Source: Planctomycetota bacterium
GTDB taxonomy: Bacteria > Planctomycetota > DG-23 > SLPQ01
Assembly (NCBI GenBank): GCA_021160625.1
Contig: JAGHCE010000066.1
Span: 1-29,138, forward strand
Reading direction: 5' to 3'
Length of the DNA: 29,138 nucleotides
This document shows positions 26,772 to 29,138 of this stretch, piece by piece (position 1 is the stretch's first letter; each line of letters begins with the position of its first letter). Made by a program: the position numbers and the translations under genes. The notes beneath the pieces are model-generated. The model made no database searches. It was not told the origin of the DNA and saw only the letters and a program-made list of their open reading frames with translations.

Positions 26772-27101
26772 TCAGAGAGCCTGGAACTCATAGACAAAGA
26801 GGGAAACGGTCACGCCTACTATTAGCACGCTGTAGGCGACCGAGCCGGCGACGAGGACGATGCGAGCGGTCTTGGGGTGGGTGATATGCACGTACTGGCA
26901 GATAAGCAGCACGAAGGTTACGAGGGCGAACTTGTAGATGACCATTCCGGTGAGGCCGAAGCGCACAATTACCCAGTTTGCGAGGATGTTGACTTCCCTT
27001 GCGCCGACGCTGAACGCCAAGCCCGTGAGCACAAGATCGGCGAAGTTCACAAGTATGAAAAGCGACGATTCCTCTTCGAGCGCCAGTTTGCGTTTGAACA
27101 C
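26772..27101 (-). CDS. DUF5658-like small membrane protein
   Basis: 109 aa, hydrophobic. N.ADLVLT...GAREVN.LANWV..RFG..G...YK pattern resembles DUF5658 proteins. GTG start with an AAGGA SD. Confidence 0.7.
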   Translation of the reverse strand: MFKRKLALEEESSLFILVNFADLVLTGLAFSVGAREVNILANWVIVRFGLTGMVIYKFALVTFVLLICQYVHITHPKTARIVLVAGSVAYSVLIVGVTVSLFVYEFQAL

Positions 27102-27146
27102 GTAGCCGGCTTCCTTACGATATGTTCAGAGTCGGAAACAAACAAG

Positions 27147-27175
27147 AGTATTGGGTGCAGTCTTCTCCAAGTCAA
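27147..27175 (-). promoter_or_regulatory. Possible sigma70 promoter for the DUF5658-like gene
   Basis: Minus strand TTGACT-N17-AATACT. Confidence 0.35.
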
Positions 27176-27229
27176 GAGTTTTATCCTTTCGGGCAGCCGC
27201 TGGTGCCTCGTGAATGCGGGAGCAAACGA

Positions 27230-27964
27230 ATGCCGCCGCGCACGTCACTTATTTCGGTTGTGATCCCCGCCTGGAACGAAGAGCGCCGCATTCGCCGAAC
27301 CCTTGAGGCCCTTTTTCTGTGCGTGCGTCGCCTGAAGGCGGCCGGCGGCCGTGCCGAAGTCATCGTCGTCGACAACCACAGCAGCGACCGAACGGTTGAG
27401 GAGGCGCGCCGGTTCGACGTGAGGATAGTGAGCGAAGAGCGCCGCCTGATTGCGGCTGTTCGCAACCGTGGCGCACGGGCCGCGCACGGCGACTACCTTG
27501 TTTTTCTCGACGCCGACAGCCGCCCGTCGGCAAACGCGCTCGTGCGCATTTACCGTACGCTCGAGGGGGGAGGCTTCGTGGGAGGCGGCGTCAGGATACG
27601 CCCTCGGCGGTGGTCGGCGCTGTTTTTGGCGGTGTACGCGGCGGTGCCGCTGGCGCGCGTGGTCTGGGGGGTAAGCGCCGGGATGATTTTCGCCACGAGG
27701 GAGGCGTTCCGGGCCCTCGGCGGCTTCGACGAGCGCCTGTTTGCGGCCGAAGACCTCGAATTCGCGAAGGCGCTCAAGGCCTGCGGCCGCGCGCAGGGGC
27801 TTTTCTTTGCCAACCTGCACGACGTTTTCATCACCACGTCCGTCAGGAAGTTCGAAAAAGCGACTTTGAGGGATTTCCTCATCTTCCCGAGGTATCTTCT
27901 CGATAAGGAAAGCGTCACTAATCCGGAAAACTGCCGGTTCTGGTACGCGGCTCGAAACAGGTAG
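27230..27964 (+). CDS. Glycosyltransferase family 2 protein
   Basis: 244 aa from ATG 27230. ISVVIPAWNEE, EVIVVDNHSSDRT, RNRGA, FLDADS (DxD), GGFDE and EDLEF motifs. Confidence 0.9.
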   Translation: MPPRTSLISVVIPAWNEERRIRRTLEALFLCVRRLKAAGGRAEVIVVDNHSSDRTVEEARRFDVRIVSEERRLIAAVRNRGARAAHGDYLVFLDADSRPSANALVRIYRTLEGGGFVGGGVRIRPRRWSALFLAVYAAVPLARVVWGVSAGMIFATREAFRALGGFDERLFAAEDLEFAKALKACGRAQGLFFANLHDVFITTSVRKFEKATLRDFLIFPRYLLDKESVTNPENCRFWYAARNR

Positions 27965-27974
27965 GAGTTGGAAT

Positions 27975-28805
27975 TTGTCCCAGCAGCCCATCGGCATATT
28001 CGACAGCGGGGTAGGGGGGCTTACCGTCGTCAAGGCGCTCACTGCGGCCCTGCCGAGGGAAAGAATCGTCTATTTCGGCGACACCGCCCGCGTCCCCTAC
28101 GGGATAAAGAGCGGCAACACGATCCGCCGATATGCGCTGGAGAACGTGCGTTTCCTCGAGCGCTTTGACCCGAAAATGATCGTTGTCGCCTGCAACACGG
28201 CCTCCGCGGCCGCGATGGACTACATCGCCGACAAGGTCGAAGTGCCCGTCGTCGGCGTCATCGAACCCGGCGCGGCGGCGGCGGTACAGGCCTCCCGCAC
28301 AGGGGTAATCGGCATCGTGGCTACTGAGACCACTATCGCAAGCCGCGCCTACGAGCGGGCCGTCACGGCGCTGGCGCCCAAGGCCCGCATCGTCCAGAAG
28401 GCCTGCCCGCTTTTCGTGCCGATGGTGGAAGAGGGGCGCGTTGAGGGGCAGATCGTTCGGCTGGTTGCGCGCGAATACCTCGGCGGCCTTTGTGAACTCG
28501 GCGTCGACACGCTGGTGCTGGGCTGCACGCATTACCCGGCCCTCAAAGAGGTCATCCGCTCGGTGGTGGGCGCCGAAGTGAAGATCGTCGACTCGGCCCA
28601 GGAGACCGCCCGGACGGTCCGCGCCATACTCGACGAGCGCGACATCGCCGCCGAGGCCGGCGCCGGCGGCACCCAGTTTTACGCAAGCGACAACCCGGAG
28701 CGCTTCCGCCGCTTAGCCACACTCTTCCTCGGCGCCACCCCAGTAAGCGTCACCCTCGTAGAGCCGGAGGACTTCTTCTCCGGCGCCGGCGCAATATCAG
28801 ATTAG
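27975..28805 (+). CDS. murI: Glutamate racemase
   Basis: PIGIFDSGVGGLTV, YFGDTARVPYG, both catalytic cysteines (VACNTAS, LGCTHYP) and VDSA. TTG start with an AGGAG SD. Confidence 0.97.
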   Translation: MSQQPIGIFDSGVGGLTVVKALTAALPRERIVYFGDTARVPYGIKSGNTIRRYALENVRFLERFDPKMIVVACNTASAAAMDYIADKVEVPVVGVIEPGAAAAVQASRTGVIGIVATETTIASRAYERAVTALAPKARIVQKACPLFVPMVEEGRVEGQIVRLVAREYLGGLCELGVDTLVLGCTHYPALKEVIRSVVGAEVKIVDSAQETARTVRAILDERDIAAEAGAGGTQFYASDNPERFRRLATLFLGATPVSVTLVEPEDFFSGAGAISD

Positions 28806-29011
28806 GGACCATAGTTACACGTTTTTGCCACGTCTCGTCGGGGAGCCAAATAAATTTCGCGTGACTTTCGGGTGCGTTTGGATTAGCATAAAAACGGGTA
28901 GACGAGAGTCGCCCGGCTTTTTCCGTAACCCGTTAAGGGCAAAGAGTTAGGGGGGATTTCCATGCACCCCGGGCTTTTCTTTGTTCCGAAAGAGAGCGTT
29001 TGGGGTACGAA

Positions 29012-29030
29012 AGCAACCATGATGGTTGCT
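29012..29030. promoter_or_regulatory. Perfect 19-bp palindrome, possible operator
   Basis: AGCAACCAT-G-ATGGTTGCT in the AT-richer intergenic region after murI. The gene it may control is outside the window. Confidence 0.4.
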
Positions 29031-29138
29031 CCTGCACCTCAAAATTTCGGAGAAAAACTCTCAAACTCTCCGTTTAACACCCCCGTCAAAGCTAACAACC
29101 GCGTAACACCCGCACCCCAATCCGTCATTTCGAATTCC

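Noticed and set aside
28806-29138. Replication origin in the AT-richer right-end region
   Set aside because: No TTATCCACA-type DnaA boxes or DUE repeats seen, and no dnaA context.

Overview
The window has two parts. (1) 1-8401, all on the minus strand, is an intact and tightly coupled phage-like morphogenesis cluster. It runs terS, terL, a small acidic ORF, portal, prohead protease, HK97-fold major capsid, a small membrane protein, head-tail adaptor, head closure, tail terminator, a 202-aa unknown with a poly-Thr tail, a short tail tube and an ORF that runs off the left edge. It starts directly next to host genes, with no integrase, repressor, replication or lysis module upstream of terS, so it is a candidate gene transfer agent (GTA)-like domesticated element or a decapitated prophage. 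(2) 8805-29138 is ordinary chromosome, probably from a Planctomycetota bacterium (inferred from RpsA and sigma-factor motifs and a DUF5658-like gene). It carries a B12 radical SAM gene, apt, a sigma70 paralog, cmk-plsC-ispH-rpsA, glnA, a Gfo/Idh/MocA oxidoreductase, a GH106-like hydrolase, tRNA-Thr(CGT), trpBA, a DUF5658-like gene, a GT2 and murI. Eight intergenic sites in this part hold a combinatorial REP-like mosaic: about 20 GTAG-hairpins with at least 9 different stems, reusable linkers, a covarying GTT-triloop hairpin and a recurrent TTCCG junction. All family assignments come from motif recognition by eye; no database search was run.
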